Positions 38,813 through 47,637 of a stretch of DNA of 64,000 bases are shown one piece after another. Numbering within the stretch: position 1 is the first letter of the stretch; each line of letters opens with the position of its first letter. The notes under the pieces were generated by a model. The model saw only the letters and a program-made list of their open reading frames with translations, did not search any database and was not told where the DNA came from. A program made the translations under genes and the position numbers. Source of the DNA: a virus; the IMG/VR virus record IMGVR_UViG_3300049049_000237, positions 80,003 to 144,002 of that record; one strand, given 5' to 3'.

Positions 38813-38827
38813 CCTATCAGAAACGTG
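38813..38827 (+). promoter_or_regulatory. Putative phage promoter CCTATCAGAAACGTG
   Basis: Exact core at a divergent junction, before the GGAGG RBS. Confidence 0.7.
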
Positions 38828-38835
38828 GAGGCGCC

Positions 38836-38994
38836 ATGCCCGATCACGAGCACCAGGACGACCCCACGTACTTCGAGCGCATCGACACGCTCACGCAGTT
38901 CGACGACTTCGTCGCCGACGTCATCAACGCCAACATGTTCCCGCCCGCACACCAGGAGGAGTACGAAGACGATGCTGAATCTTCTGCTGGTTAG
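38836..38994 (+). CDS. Small acidic protein (52 aa)
   Basis: Not in the ORF track; GGAGG RBS; begins MPDHEHQDDPTYFERID. Confidence 0.65.
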   Translation: MPDHEHQDDPTYFERIDTLTQFDDFVADVINANMFPPAHQEEYEDDAESSAG

Positions 38995-39085
38995 CATCGC
39001 CGCCGGCTTCCTGATCGGTGTGTCCCACCACCTCTACTACGTCCTCGGGAGGCTGAGCGATGCGACCCGCAACGTTCGCGCATGA
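38972..39085 (+). CDS. Small membrane protein (37 aa)
   Basis: AGGAGG upstream; MLNLLLVSIAAGFLIGVSHHLYYVLG. Confidence 0.5.
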   Translation: MLNLLLVSIAAGFLIGVSHHLYYVLGRLSDATRNVRA

Positions 39086-39506
39086 CCACGATCACGAGAC
39101 GCCCGACTGTGCCGAGTGCCGCGAGCCGGTCGGCGTGATGCAAGACGCCACCGTGATGCTGAGTGGTCAGTTCTTCTACAACCGCGAAGAGCAGTGCGCC
39201 TTCTTCGTGCTCGACCCCGACAGCGAGCTCGCCATCGTCGAGATCCAGGACGCCCTCGGTAGCGGCAAGCCGCAGCTCGCCATCGTCCTGAACAAGGACA
39301 ACCTCGGCCCGGTGCGCGTGGTGCACGAGGAGTGCCTCGGCGACTTCGACCCCGATGGGGCGAGTGACGAGGACGACGAAGACGATGATGACGAGATCGA
39401 GATTGGTCTCGATCCGGAAGACCCCGACTACCACGACATGAAGATGGCGATCGAGCGTGATCGCAGCGAGTGGGACGAGAACGACCTGCTCCACAGGAGA
39501 CGCTGA
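39060..39506 (+). CDS. Acidic protein with CxxC...HxxC zinc motif
   Basis: GGAGG RBS; CAEC and HEEC; Asp/Glu-rich tail. Confidence 0.7.
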   Translation: MRPATFAHDHDHETPDCAECREPVGVMQDATVMLSGQFFYNREEQCAFFVLDPDSELAIVEIQDALGSGKPQLAIVLNKDNLGPVRVVHEECLGDFDPDGASDEDDEDDDDEIEIGLDPEDPDYHDMKMAIERDRSEWDENDLLHRRR

Positions 39507-39511
39507 AGAAG

Positions 39512-40618
39512 ATGCCCAAGTACTCGGAAGCGCAGCGCCAGGCCGTCCAGGAGCTGACGGTTCAGTGGGAGAGTGGCTACTTGTCGATCCCCGCCCTGCT
39601 CGGGCCGGTGGGGATCGGCAAGACCGACATGGCACAAGAGCTCGCCATCGAGATGAGCTCGAAGATGGACGACTCGCTCATCTTCGAGCCCATCGCCACC
39701 GGTGAGGCCTCGGACCCGACGGACACGTCGGGCATCCCGTGGGTCATCACGGTCGACGACCCGAACGGAGAAGCGACCAAGAAGGACTACCGCGTCCTCT
39801 GGGCGCTGAATCGCGCGGCGTACCAAGCGTGCCGCATGCCCACGCTTCTTCTTTTCGATGACATCGACAAGGCGACCAACATCGTCGTCAACTCGCTGCT
39901 CAACCTCTTCGTGCACCGCCGCTTCAAGGACTTCGCGCTGCACCCGAAGAGCCTGATGATGACCGCGGGCAACCGCACGCAGGACGACATCCACGCGAAC
40001 CGGCTGTCGGAGTCGCTGCGCACCCGCATGACGATCATCGAGGTCGAGGCCGACTTCGAGGACTTCGCCAACTACGCGAAGAAGACCGGCAACATCCACG
40101 ACCACCTCATCGGGTTCCTGACGGCCCGCCCGGAGCTCCTGCACAAGCACGAGGAGAACGTCTACCGGTTCCCGACGCCCCGTGGGTACCGCGAAGCCTC
40201 GCTTCACATGTGGAAGTACCCGGAGTCCGACTGGCCCGACATCGTCGAGCGCAAGCTCGGCAAGCCGGTGCGCAACGACTTCGTCGCCTGGCACAAGATC
40301 CTGTCGAAGGTCGACGTCGAGCACATCCTTCGCGTCGGCTACGTGAAGGACATGCCCACGGACATCGTCGGCAAGAAGATGATGGAGTTCGCCGCCATCT
40401 TCGCGCTCACGATGCACCTCAACAAGAAGGACGGTGTTCAGCCTGGGTGGGCGGGCTTCGACCCGTACATCGACAGCCTGAAGGACTCGCCGGAGATGAA
40501 GATTGCGTTCCTTCTCCAGCTCACGGAGAAGGCGCGCTCTGCCGTGCGCCAACTGTACCCGACCGCCGCCGGCAAGATCATGGCGACGGTCATCGCAGAC
40601 GAGGCGGCCGGGCCGTGA
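39512..40618 (+). CDS. MoxR-like AAA+ ATPase
   Basis: GPVGIGKT, LLLFDDID, TAGN, LRTR, FPTPR. Confidence 0.85.
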   Translation: MPKYSEAQRQAVQELTVQWESGYLSIPALLGPVGIGKTDMAQELAIEMSSKMDDSLIFEPIATGEASDPTDTSGIPWVITVDDPNGEATKKDYRVLWALNRAAYQACRMPTLLLFDDIDKATNIVVNSLLNLFVHRRFKDFALHPKSLMMTAGNRTQDDIHANRLSESLRTRMTIIEVEADFEDFANYAKKTGNIHDHLIGFLTARPELLHKHEENVYRFPTPRGYREASLHMWKYPESDWPDIVERKLGKPVRNDFVAWHKILSKVDVEHILRVGYVKDMPTDIVGKKMMEFAAIFALTMHLNKKDGVQPGWAGFDPYIDSLKDSPEMKIAFLLQLTEKARSAVRQLYPTAAGKIMATVIADEAAGP

Positions 40619-41835
40619 TCATCCAGGAGAAGAACCAGGACCTCTACAACCGACGGATGACGAAGGCTGCGACGGCCCTCGTCATCCGCCACCCGTTCTT
40701 CGGGTATCTCCTTTTCGGTAGCTCCGTGAAGGTCGTCGCGCGAGCGATTCCCACGATGGCTACCGACGGGCGCTCGATCTACTGCGGGATCGACTTCGTC
40801 AGCAAGGAGCCGATCGAGATCTTGGAGTTCGGTCTGCTGCACGAGCTGCTGCACATCTACTTCAACCATCACGCGCGACGTGGCTCTCGTGACGCGAAGG
40901 TGTGGAACATCGCCGTCGACATCTTCACGAACGAGCAGTGCTCCCTGCTCCTCTCGCACGACAACGGGAACACGCGCTGGCCGATACCGGCACGCTTCAT
41001 CCAGCCGGCAGAATGGGCGCTGGGCAAGTCGTGCGAGGAGATCTACGACATCTTGATGAAGGCGGAGCAGGACGAGCCTGACGTCCTGAAGAAGCTCCAG
41101 CCTGCGGAAGACGAGCTTGGCAGCGGCAGCGACATGATCCCGATGCCCGAGCCGCTTCCTCGGGGCGTGGATCCGCTCGACCCGCAGGGCTCGAAGGACT
41201 GGCAGGGCTCCTTCCAGCAAGACGTCGCGAGTGCCCGCGCGATGGCCGACAAGACCGTCGTCACGAAGCGCCTGCTGACGGATGCAGTGCGCGATCGGAT
41301 GGCGAAGATCCTCAAGTCCACACTGCCTTGGGGATCGATCCTGCGGGGCGACCTGTCGTACGACCTCGGGTGGGATGAGGCGACGTACTGTCCCCCGAAG
41401 ACGAAGTACTACCCGATCATCCTCCCGCAGACGCGGTCGACCAAGGAGCGAGTCCTGCTCCTGGGCATCGACATCAGCACGAGCGTCACGGACGACCTCA
41501 TCCAGATCTTCATCTCGAATGTGATGTCGGCTGCGATGAAGGCCACCAAGACGGTGGTCGTGACGTTCGACCAGTTCCAGCGCGACTACTACGAGACCAC
41601 CAACCCGAAGACCATCTTCGAGCACGTCAAGTTCAAGTCGGGAGCGCACTACAAGACTTCGGCGATGTGCGTCTTCGAGCACGCAGATCGCCTGAAGCCG
41701 AGCGCCATCTGTCTGCTCACCGATGGGCACATCGAAGTGCCTGAGACCGCATACAAGAACACGACCTTCGTGATTCCCACCGGCGGGGCCCACCTGCCGT
41801 GGGGCCGGCACATCGTGATGGAGTACCAATGGTAG
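40615..41835 (+). CDS. HExxH metallopeptidase plus vWA domain protein (DUF2201-like)
   Basis: TMATDG, HELLH, WNIAVD, IDISTSV (MIDAS-like), LTDG. Confidence 0.8.
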   Translation: MIIQEKNQDLYNRRMTKAATALVIRHPFFGYLLFGSSVKVVARAIPTMATDGRSIYCGIDFVSKEPIEILEFGLLHELLHIYFNHHARRGSRDAKVWNIAVDIFTNEQCSLLLSHDNGNTRWPIPARFIQPAEWALGKSCEEIYDILMKAEQDEPDVLKKLQPAEDELGSGSDMIPMPEPLPRGVDPLDPQGSKDWQGSFQQDVASARAMADKTVVTKRLLTDAVRDRMAKILKSTLPWGSILRGDLSYDLGWDEATYCPPKTKYYPIILPQTRSTKERVLLLGIDISTSVTDDLIQIFISNVMSAAMKATKTVVVTFDQFQRDYYETTNPKTIFEHVKFKSGAHYKTSAMCVFEHADRLKPSAICLLTDGHIEVPETAYKNTTFVIPTGGAHLPWGRHIVMEYQW

Positions 41836-43250
41836 AGATGATGTCTGTGTACGCGTCCCTCGCGCACGCGGTGATGAACGAGCAGCTTCGTCCGGTCTTG
41901 GAGCGGTCGTGGTCCGCGTCCTCCGACGTGACCGGAACGAAGGGCAAGGCGTGGCGCATCGCGCTCTGCGCCTACGGCAAGGACGTGTACACGCTCGGGT
42001 CTCGGATGGGGATTCCGACGAAGAACAGCGTCGGCGGGCACGGGTACTCCGTGTTCACGTGCCCGCGCATCCTCACGCTCGGCATCTCCCCGCTGGAGGT
42101 CTACGGGTACAAGACGATCACGCACTCGACGACCGCCTACACGCCCATCCACCTCGCGACGGCGCTTCTTCGCTTCGCCCCGAGCGAGTACCGCTCGATG
42201 GCCGAGGAGCTCCTACAGCCGGCGTTCCTTCGCAAGTACGCGAAGCACCAGGAGCCGGACGTCGTGTCCATGCGGCTCAACCCGTACGTGCCCGAGGAGC
42301 TCGGACTTCCGTTCAAGCACCTCCCCATCGAGCCCGGCGAGTACATCGACGAGGTCGGGAACCTCGCCTGGTTCACGCCCGAGTACGCGCACAAGTACTT
42401 CGAGCACAAGCTGCGCGAGGGCTTCGTGCGCCTCACGCAGCTCAACCTCGTCCATCGCATGTGGGGCTCGCTCGTCGAATCCGGCGCAGCCGCCGTGCTG
42501 GCGCACGCGAAAGACCGTGAGCTCAGCGACTACCCGCTGCTCACGTTGCGGCTGCGCATGGCGAGTAAGCACAGCGCAGAGAACTTCCTCAACAAGCTCA
42601 CCGGCGTCCGCGGGGTGCTGAACATCGTCCGCGATGACCTGTCCGAGTACCGGATGAAGAAGGGTCTCTCCATCCTCGCGACGACCGGCACCGCTCCCGT
42701 CCGTGCGATGTTCAAGTTCATCGGACGCAAGCTGACGATGGACGACCTGCGTGAGCTGACCCCGCGGCAAGCGCTGGAGATCTGCTTCTACGCACCCCTC
42801 GGGGCCATCGAAGACCTACGCCCGCGAGCAGAAGAACTCGGTGCGATGTTCTTCGGGATCAAGGACCTCCCGATGGGGAAGATCCAGAACGTGGTCTCTG
42901 ATCACGTGCACCGCGCCAAGGAGTGGTACCCGTGCAGCGACGCGGGTATCGCGAGGCAGATGAGCACGAAGACGATCGCTGACGCGAAGTCGGAGTGGGA
43001 CGACACGTACCGTCCCCTCACGCACGAGTTCGTGGAGGCCTACACGTGGCGGAACGACCTCCTCGAAGCGGTCGATCCGGACACGGCGTTCCTCGGGATG
43101 ATGTACGAACTCACCACGGAGGAAGAGTCCGTACCGCGCATCGCGATCGACAACCTGCTCCGCACGCACTCGAACTACGCCAGGCTGAAGGACATCCTCG
43201 CCCGTATGCCTCTTCATCTGCGTAGGATCGGGGGGCTCGACAGAACGTGA
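41829..43250 (+). CDS. Hypothetical protein
   Basis: Long ORF with phage-like codon usage, coupled to the vWA gene, followed by a terminator. Confidence 0.75.
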   Translation: MVEMMSVYASLAHAVMNEQLRPVLERSWSASSDVTGTKGKAWRIALCAYGKDVYTLGSRMGIPTKNSVGGHGYSVFTCPRILTLGISPLEVYGYKTITHSTTAYTPIHLATALLRFAPSEYRSMAEELLQPAFLRKYAKHQEPDVVSMRLNPYVPEELGLPFKHLPIEPGEYIDEVGNLAWFTPEYAHKYFEHKLREGFVRLTQLNLVHRMWGSLVESGAAAVLAHAKDRELSDYPLLTLRLRMASKHSAENFLNKLTGVRGVLNIVRDDLSEYRMKKGLSILATTGTAPVRAMFKFIGRKLTMDDLRELTPRQALEICFYAPLGAIEDLRPRAEELGAMFFGIKDLPMGKIQNVVSDHVHRAKEWYPCSDAGIARQMSTKTIADAKSEWDDTYRPLTHEFVEAYTWRNDLLEAVDPDTAFLGMMYELTTEEESVPRIAIDNLLRTHSNYARLKDILARMPLHLRRIGGLDRT

Positions 43251-43278
43251 GAAGAGGGGCGTGAGCCCCTCTTCTTTT
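43249..43278. terminator. Bidirectional terminator
   Basis: AGAAGAGGGGC-GTGA-GCCCCTCTTCT followed by TTT. Confidence 0.8.
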
Positions 43279-43283
43279 GCCCG

Positions 43284-45164
43284 TCAGCCTGCGCCCGCCA
43301 ACGACAGCCGGCGCGGCGGACGCTGTTCGGGGAGCGGACGCATGTCGACCCCGGAGCTCGTCGGCTTCACGAGGTTCTGGCGCACGAGCTCGCCGAGTTC
43401 CGGCGACGTCTTCGAGAGGTGGGTGAGGTTCTGGTCCTGCACGTCGGCGGGCATCTTGCCGATCTCTGCCGCCAGCGCCGCCGCAGTCTGTCCGAGCGGA
43501 AGTCCTGCGGGTGCCTGAGCGAGCTGAGAGCCCTGCTGCTCGGTGAACGACTGCTGCTGTTCGGCGGCCATGTTCGTCTGCGACTTCAGCGCAGCCTCCG
43601 CCATGATCTCTTGGGCCTGCGCCTGGTAGCGCGCCTGCACGACCATCGCTTCGCCCTGGATCTCCGCCTGCGCGAGCTGCTGCTTCTTCAGCGCCTCCAT
43701 GCGGATCGCCGTCTCCTTCATCTGGAGCTCGGCCTCGTCCTCGACGTTGAAGTCCATCATCGAGATGAGCGACGTGTCGCTGATCTTCTGCATCTGGTTG
43801 AGGCCCTGCGCGAAGGCCATGCGCTGGAGGTCGTCCGCCATCTTGAAGGGCTTGAACTTGGCGGTCGCCACCGGCCAGTTCAGGAAGTGACCGACGCGCT
43901 GCATCGTCCAGCGAAGCAGACGGTACTGGTTCTGCACGTTGGACAAGAAGAAGTTCTCGACCATGCGCATCGACACGCTGGTGCCGGCGTACGTGCCCTG
44001 GCCGAACACGAGGTCGATCGGGAACCCCATCCCGATCGCGATGAGCTCGCCCATCGACCGGATCTCGTTCATCAGCAGCAGGGCGCGGCCGTTCTCGCCG
44101 ATGATCTGGTGGCCGATCGGGAACGGCAGGATGCCGTAGTAGCTCGGGTCCATGCGCTGCCGAGCGAGCTCGCGCTGGATGTGCCCGCGCCAGTCGGCGA
44201 GGTTCACCGTCGAGAACGGGTCTGCACCGGAGGTCGCAGGCTGCGGGTACAGGAAGATCTGCGGGATGAGGTGCGTGAGGAGCACCGTCTCCTGCGCCTT
44301 CTTCATGATCTGCATGTAGAAGGCGTCCTTCAGCACCGGCATGAGGAGCGGGATGCCCCAGCCCATGTCCATGCTCGACAGCGCCGGCCTTCGCATGTGG
44401 AAGACCTCGCGCTTGTCGAAGACGACCAGGCGCTTCTCACGTACCGCTTCGAGGAAGAGCTGCGGCGTCGTCGCGACGATGTCCTTGCGTCCGGTCGTGA
44501 CGAGCGACTTGAACTTCGCGGACATGTCGAGCGCGTAGTCCATGCGCCCGGTCGCTTCGTTGTAGAAGATGGAGACGTTCTCCGGGTTCCACCGGATGAG
44601 CGAGATCTCCGACGCCTTCGGGTAGTAGCGGTCGTGGGCCTTCGCGAAGTTCGACTGGCCGCACTTCGGGCACGTCAGGTAGAAGCGGTGGTCCGTGTAC
44701 CGCCAGTTCCTGGTGTTCTCCTGCGCATCGATCTCCGCGAGGCATCCCTCCTGCGGACACTTGATGTACTTGCGGAACGGGAAGCTCGGCGAGACGAAGG
44801 CGTTGCCGTAGACGTAGTAGTCGAGGTTCACCTCGAACTGGTGCGTCCGGTACTGCATCACGCCGAGCATCTGCTCGCGCCACCGATCGACGACACCCTT
44901 CTCCTTGTGGGCGAAGTTGACGTCGGTGATGGGGTACTCGGCGGCCTTCGTGCAGATCGCGTTGATGATGCCGTGCGTCAGGTAGTAGTACCGGCAGAAC
45001 GCGAACAGGTTCTTGACCGACGCCGGTGTGTACGTGGACGCCTGGTCGAAGAAGGGATTGGCGAAGGGCGCGTACTGCCGCCCGAGGATGTTCGTGCGAC
45101 TGAACGAACCGCTGAGCATCGCTCCGCGGTTCTCCACGATCCCCTGCGGGCCGAAGAACGTCAT
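43284..45164 (-). CDS. Portal protein
   Basis: INAICTKAAEYPIT, DYYVYGNAFV, VFHMRR...WGIP pattern; C-terminal coiled coil. Confidence 0.75.
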   Translation of the reverse strand: MTFFGPQGIVENRGAMLSGSFSRTNILGRQYAPFANPFFDQASTYTPASVKNLFAFCRYYYLTHGIINAICTKAAEYPITDVNFAHKEKGVVDRWREQMLGVMQYRTHQFEVNLDYYVYGNAFVSPSFPFRKYIKCPQEGCLAEIDAQENTRNWRYTDHRFYLTCPKCGQSNFAKAHDRYYPKASEISLIRWNPENVSIFYNEATGRMDYALDMSAKFKSLVTTGRKDIVATTPQLFLEAVREKRLVVFDKREVFHMRRPALSSMDMGWGIPLLMPVLKDAFYMQIMKKAQETVLLTHLIPQIFLYPQPATSGADPFSTVNLADWRGHIQRELARQRMDPSYYGILPFPIGHQIIGENGRALLLMNEIRSMGELIAIGMGFPIDLVFGQGTYAGTSVSMRMVENFFLSNVQNQYRLLRWTMQRVGHFLNWPVATAKFKPFKMADDLQRMAFAQGLNQMQKISDTSLISMMDFNVEDEAELQMKETAIRMEALKKQQLAQAEIQGEAMVVQARYQAQAQEIMAEAALKSQTNMAAEQQQSFTEQQGSQLAQAPAGLPLGQTAAALAAEIGKMPADVQDQNLTHLSKTSPELGELVRQNLVKPTSSGVDMRPLPEQRPPRRLSLAGAG

Positions 45165-45170
45165 GTGCGG

Positions 45171-45176
45171 ATACTA
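45171..45176 (-). promoter_or_regulatory. Possible -10 (TAGTAT) for a leaderless portal transcript
   Basis: 6 nt before ATG 45164; overlaps the upstream stop; no RBS and no good -35. Confidence 0.4.
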
Positions 45177-46070
45177 CCCGATCTGCGCAGGGGCGGGACG
45201 TGATCCACCGAGAGCACGCCCGACCCGACCGCTGAGATACTCGACACCCTGACCCACGACGTTCTGCGAGAGCATCGGAAGTCCGCTGAATACGAGACCT
45301 CCGCCGATGTTGCCCACGGCACGCATCGACTTCTCGCCGAGCGATCGACCACCCGCCGCACTCTCGTCACCACGTGCGAGATCGGCCCCGCTGACTGCGA
45401 CAGGCACGCCGACGCCAGCGGCGACGCCGAGACCACCGCCGAGACGAAGCTGATCCCACACGGCCTTCGACGCAGCTCGCGGGTCCTTAGCGAAAGCCTT
45501 CACCGCTCCCGGCGCGTGGGTCATGCCGAGGTCACGCATGCGATCGCCGACATCACCTTCGGCGAAGTGAGCTCGCATGCTCGCTGCCTGCTCTGCACTG
45601 TTCACGCTGCCAGGGCTGTGCTTCGCGAGATCCTGTGCGCGCAGCGTGTCGAGATGAACTCGCTTCGCCGCAGTGCCGCTTCCCGTGATGCCGATGCGAT
45701 CGAGGTACGCTTTGTCGTTCGCTCCGTGCCCGGTGATCCCGTGCACCTGACGACGAGCGAAGTTGCCGACGCCCTCCCCTGCTCGCGCCAGCGTCGCCTT
45801 CGCGACGTCCTTCGCGCCCGAGAGCTGCGGGTTGAGCAGCATCGTGTCGCGCGCACCACGGCCGATCGCCGCGACGCCGGCACCGGCGAGGCCGCCGCGC
45901 AGCGCACCCAGCACGCCACCAGCGACGTAGTTCTTCTCGCCCTCTCCGCGAGCGGCCTCACGCGCTACGCCGAGCGCGCCGCCGAGCCCCGCCCCGATCG
46001 CAGAGGTGCTGCCCGGGTTGTGTGCGATGAACCGCCCTGCGCTGCTGAGGATGTTCGCGTGCTTGTTCAT
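45174..46070 (-). CDS. Gly-rich putative virion protein
   Basis: MNKHA start; multiple GxxxG helices. Confidence 0.7.
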   Translation of the reverse strand: MNKHANILSSAGRFIAHNPGSTSAIGAGLGGALGVAREAARGEGEKNYVAGGVLGALRGGLAGAGVAAIGRGARDTMLLNPQLSGAKDVAKATLARAGEGVGNFARRQVHGITGHGANDKAYLDRIGITGSGTAAKRVHLDTLRAQDLAKHSPGSVNSAEQAASMRAHFAEGDVGDRMRDLGMTHAPGAVKAFAKDPRAASKAVWDQLRLGGGLGVAAGVGVPVAVSGADLARGDESAAGGRSLGEKSMRAVGNIGGGLVFSGLPMLSQNVVGQGVEYLSGRVGRALGGSRPAPAQIG

Positions 46071-46660
46071 CTCGACGCTCCATGCGCGGCCGACGTGAGC
46101 AGGGCGGTACCGAGCCCGTACGCGCCCGGCGTCAGGTACGTGCTCCCGAGGCGCAGCGCTTCATGACGAAGATGCTTGAGCTGCTCGGGCGTCGCCCCGT
46201 GCTCCTTCAGCATCTGGTGACCCTTCATCCACGCAACGCCCTCGCCGGCAAGGAGAGGAGCTTGCGATGCCGCGACGCCCAGCGAGCTGAGAGTCGCCTT
46301 TCGCGCGAGGTTGCCCTCTGCGATGAGGGCGATGACCATCCCGATGAGCGGCCCGAGCCCGGACACGGCCCTGGCGTTGCCGTCCTGCACGATGCGCCCG
46401 AGCGTCGTCTTGTCGAACTCGGCGTGGCCGAGTTCGTGAGCGAGCGTCGAGAGCCCATCGTCCGTTCCTTCGAGGCGCTTCGAGAGGCTGACGAGTGGCT
46501 TCCCCTCAGCACCGGCACGATCGAAGTGCGCCCCGACGGTGTTCTCGTTGTACTCGACCTTCGTTCCCTTCTCTCGGGCGCGGTTCAGCAGCGCGTCGGT
46601 CATCCGCTGACGCGCGCCGTCGTCCTGTAGGACATCACCGAGAGAAGGCTTGGGCATCAT
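46067..46660 (-). CDS. Putative membrane-associated zinc metallopeptidase
   Basis: LAHELGHA, hydrophobic hairpin, downstream EGVAW. Confidence 0.65.
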   Translation of the reverse strand: MMPKPSLGDVLQDDGARQRMTDALLNRAREKGTKVEYNENTVGAHFDRAGAEGKPLVSLSKRLEGTDDGLSTLAHELGHAEFDKTTLGRIVQDGNARAVSGLGPLIGMVIALIAEGNLARKATLSSLGVAASQAPLLAGEGVAWMKGHQMLKEHGATPEQLKHLRHEALRLGSTYLTPGAYGLGTALLTSAAHGASR

Positions 46661-47637
46661 CCACCCTTGAGCATCCGGAGCTGCGCGATGAGCTGCGCCC
46701 GCACCTGATTGCGGTACTCGTTGTTGATCAGCAGCTTGTACACCGCCGACCCGACGGCGTCCTCGCCGAGCCCGTCGACGGCCTGTTCGAGCGGCTTCTT
46801 CTTGCGCGCGTCGAAGGCCGCCTTCGTCTGGTCTCGGATGTCTCCGAACTCCAGCGGCAACCGCGTGAGCTTCTTCGACCCGCACGCGACGCACTTCACG
46901 TCGTGGTCGTCACGCTCGATGGTCCCGCACTCGCCGCACTTGATCTTCTGGTCGTCGAGCTCTTCCTGCGCGAACTGAAGCGGAGGGGGCACGTAGGTCA
47001 CGCCGGTGTCCCGGCACGCCACGGCCACGAACTTCGCCACCTCCTCGGCGAACGGACGCGGCCGATCGATGTGCTTCATCGTGTCGACCGCCGCCATGAG
47101 GAAGCCGAGCTGGGGCTTCTCCATGAACTTGAAGTTGGGGGCCCTGCCGGCGAGGCCGAGCGAGATCCAGTGGAACTGCTCCCACTGCCTCCACGGCGAC
47201 GGACTCGTGATGAGCACCCGCGTCGCGAGGATCTTCGTCCACACCGACTCGGACAGGAGCGTGTCGTCCTTCTTCAGCGTGAGCTTCAGCGTCTCGGGCT
47301 CCCACTCCACATAGTCCTGCCCGTAGCGGTCCATCAGGAGCAAGGAAAGAACGAGCGGGTGCGCGTTCGGGTGCCGCCAGATGTTCTTCTGCGTCACCAT
47401 CGGCAGGTCGTCGTCCGTACCGAGACGCTTCGCTGCCGTCTTCTCGATGCCCGAGGGCAGCTCCGCCATCCAGTCGGGCAGGTCCACACGGACCGAGCCG
47501 ATGATCAGCTCCGGCGAGACGTCCGAATGATCCAACGAAGGAGCAGCCACCTTGGACTGCTCCTCCAGGATCTGCGGGTCCACGGTGGCGACGGGGTGAG
47601 GCCACCGCATCCAGTTCATGTTCTGGTTCATGTTCAC
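46657..47637 (-). CDS. Hypothetical head-module protein with zinc ribbon
   Basis: CGEC...CVAC; KVA and KTA sites. Confidence 0.75.
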   Translation of the reverse strand: MNMNQNMNWMRWPHPVATVDPQILEEQSKVAAPSLDHSDVSPELIIGSVRVDLPDWMAELPSGIEKTAAKRLGTDDDLPMVTQKNIWRHPNAHPLVLSLLLMDRYGQDYVEWEPETLKLTLKKDDTLLSESVWTKILATRVLITSPSPWRQWEQFHWISLGLAGRAPNFKFMEKPQLGFLMAAVDTMKHIDRPRPFAEEVAKFVAVACRDTGVTYVPPPLQFAQEELDDQKIKCGECGTIERDDHDVKCVACGSKKLTRLPLEFGDIRDQTKAAFDARKKKPLEQAVDGLGEDAVGSAVYKLLINNEYRNQVRAQLIAQLRMLKGG

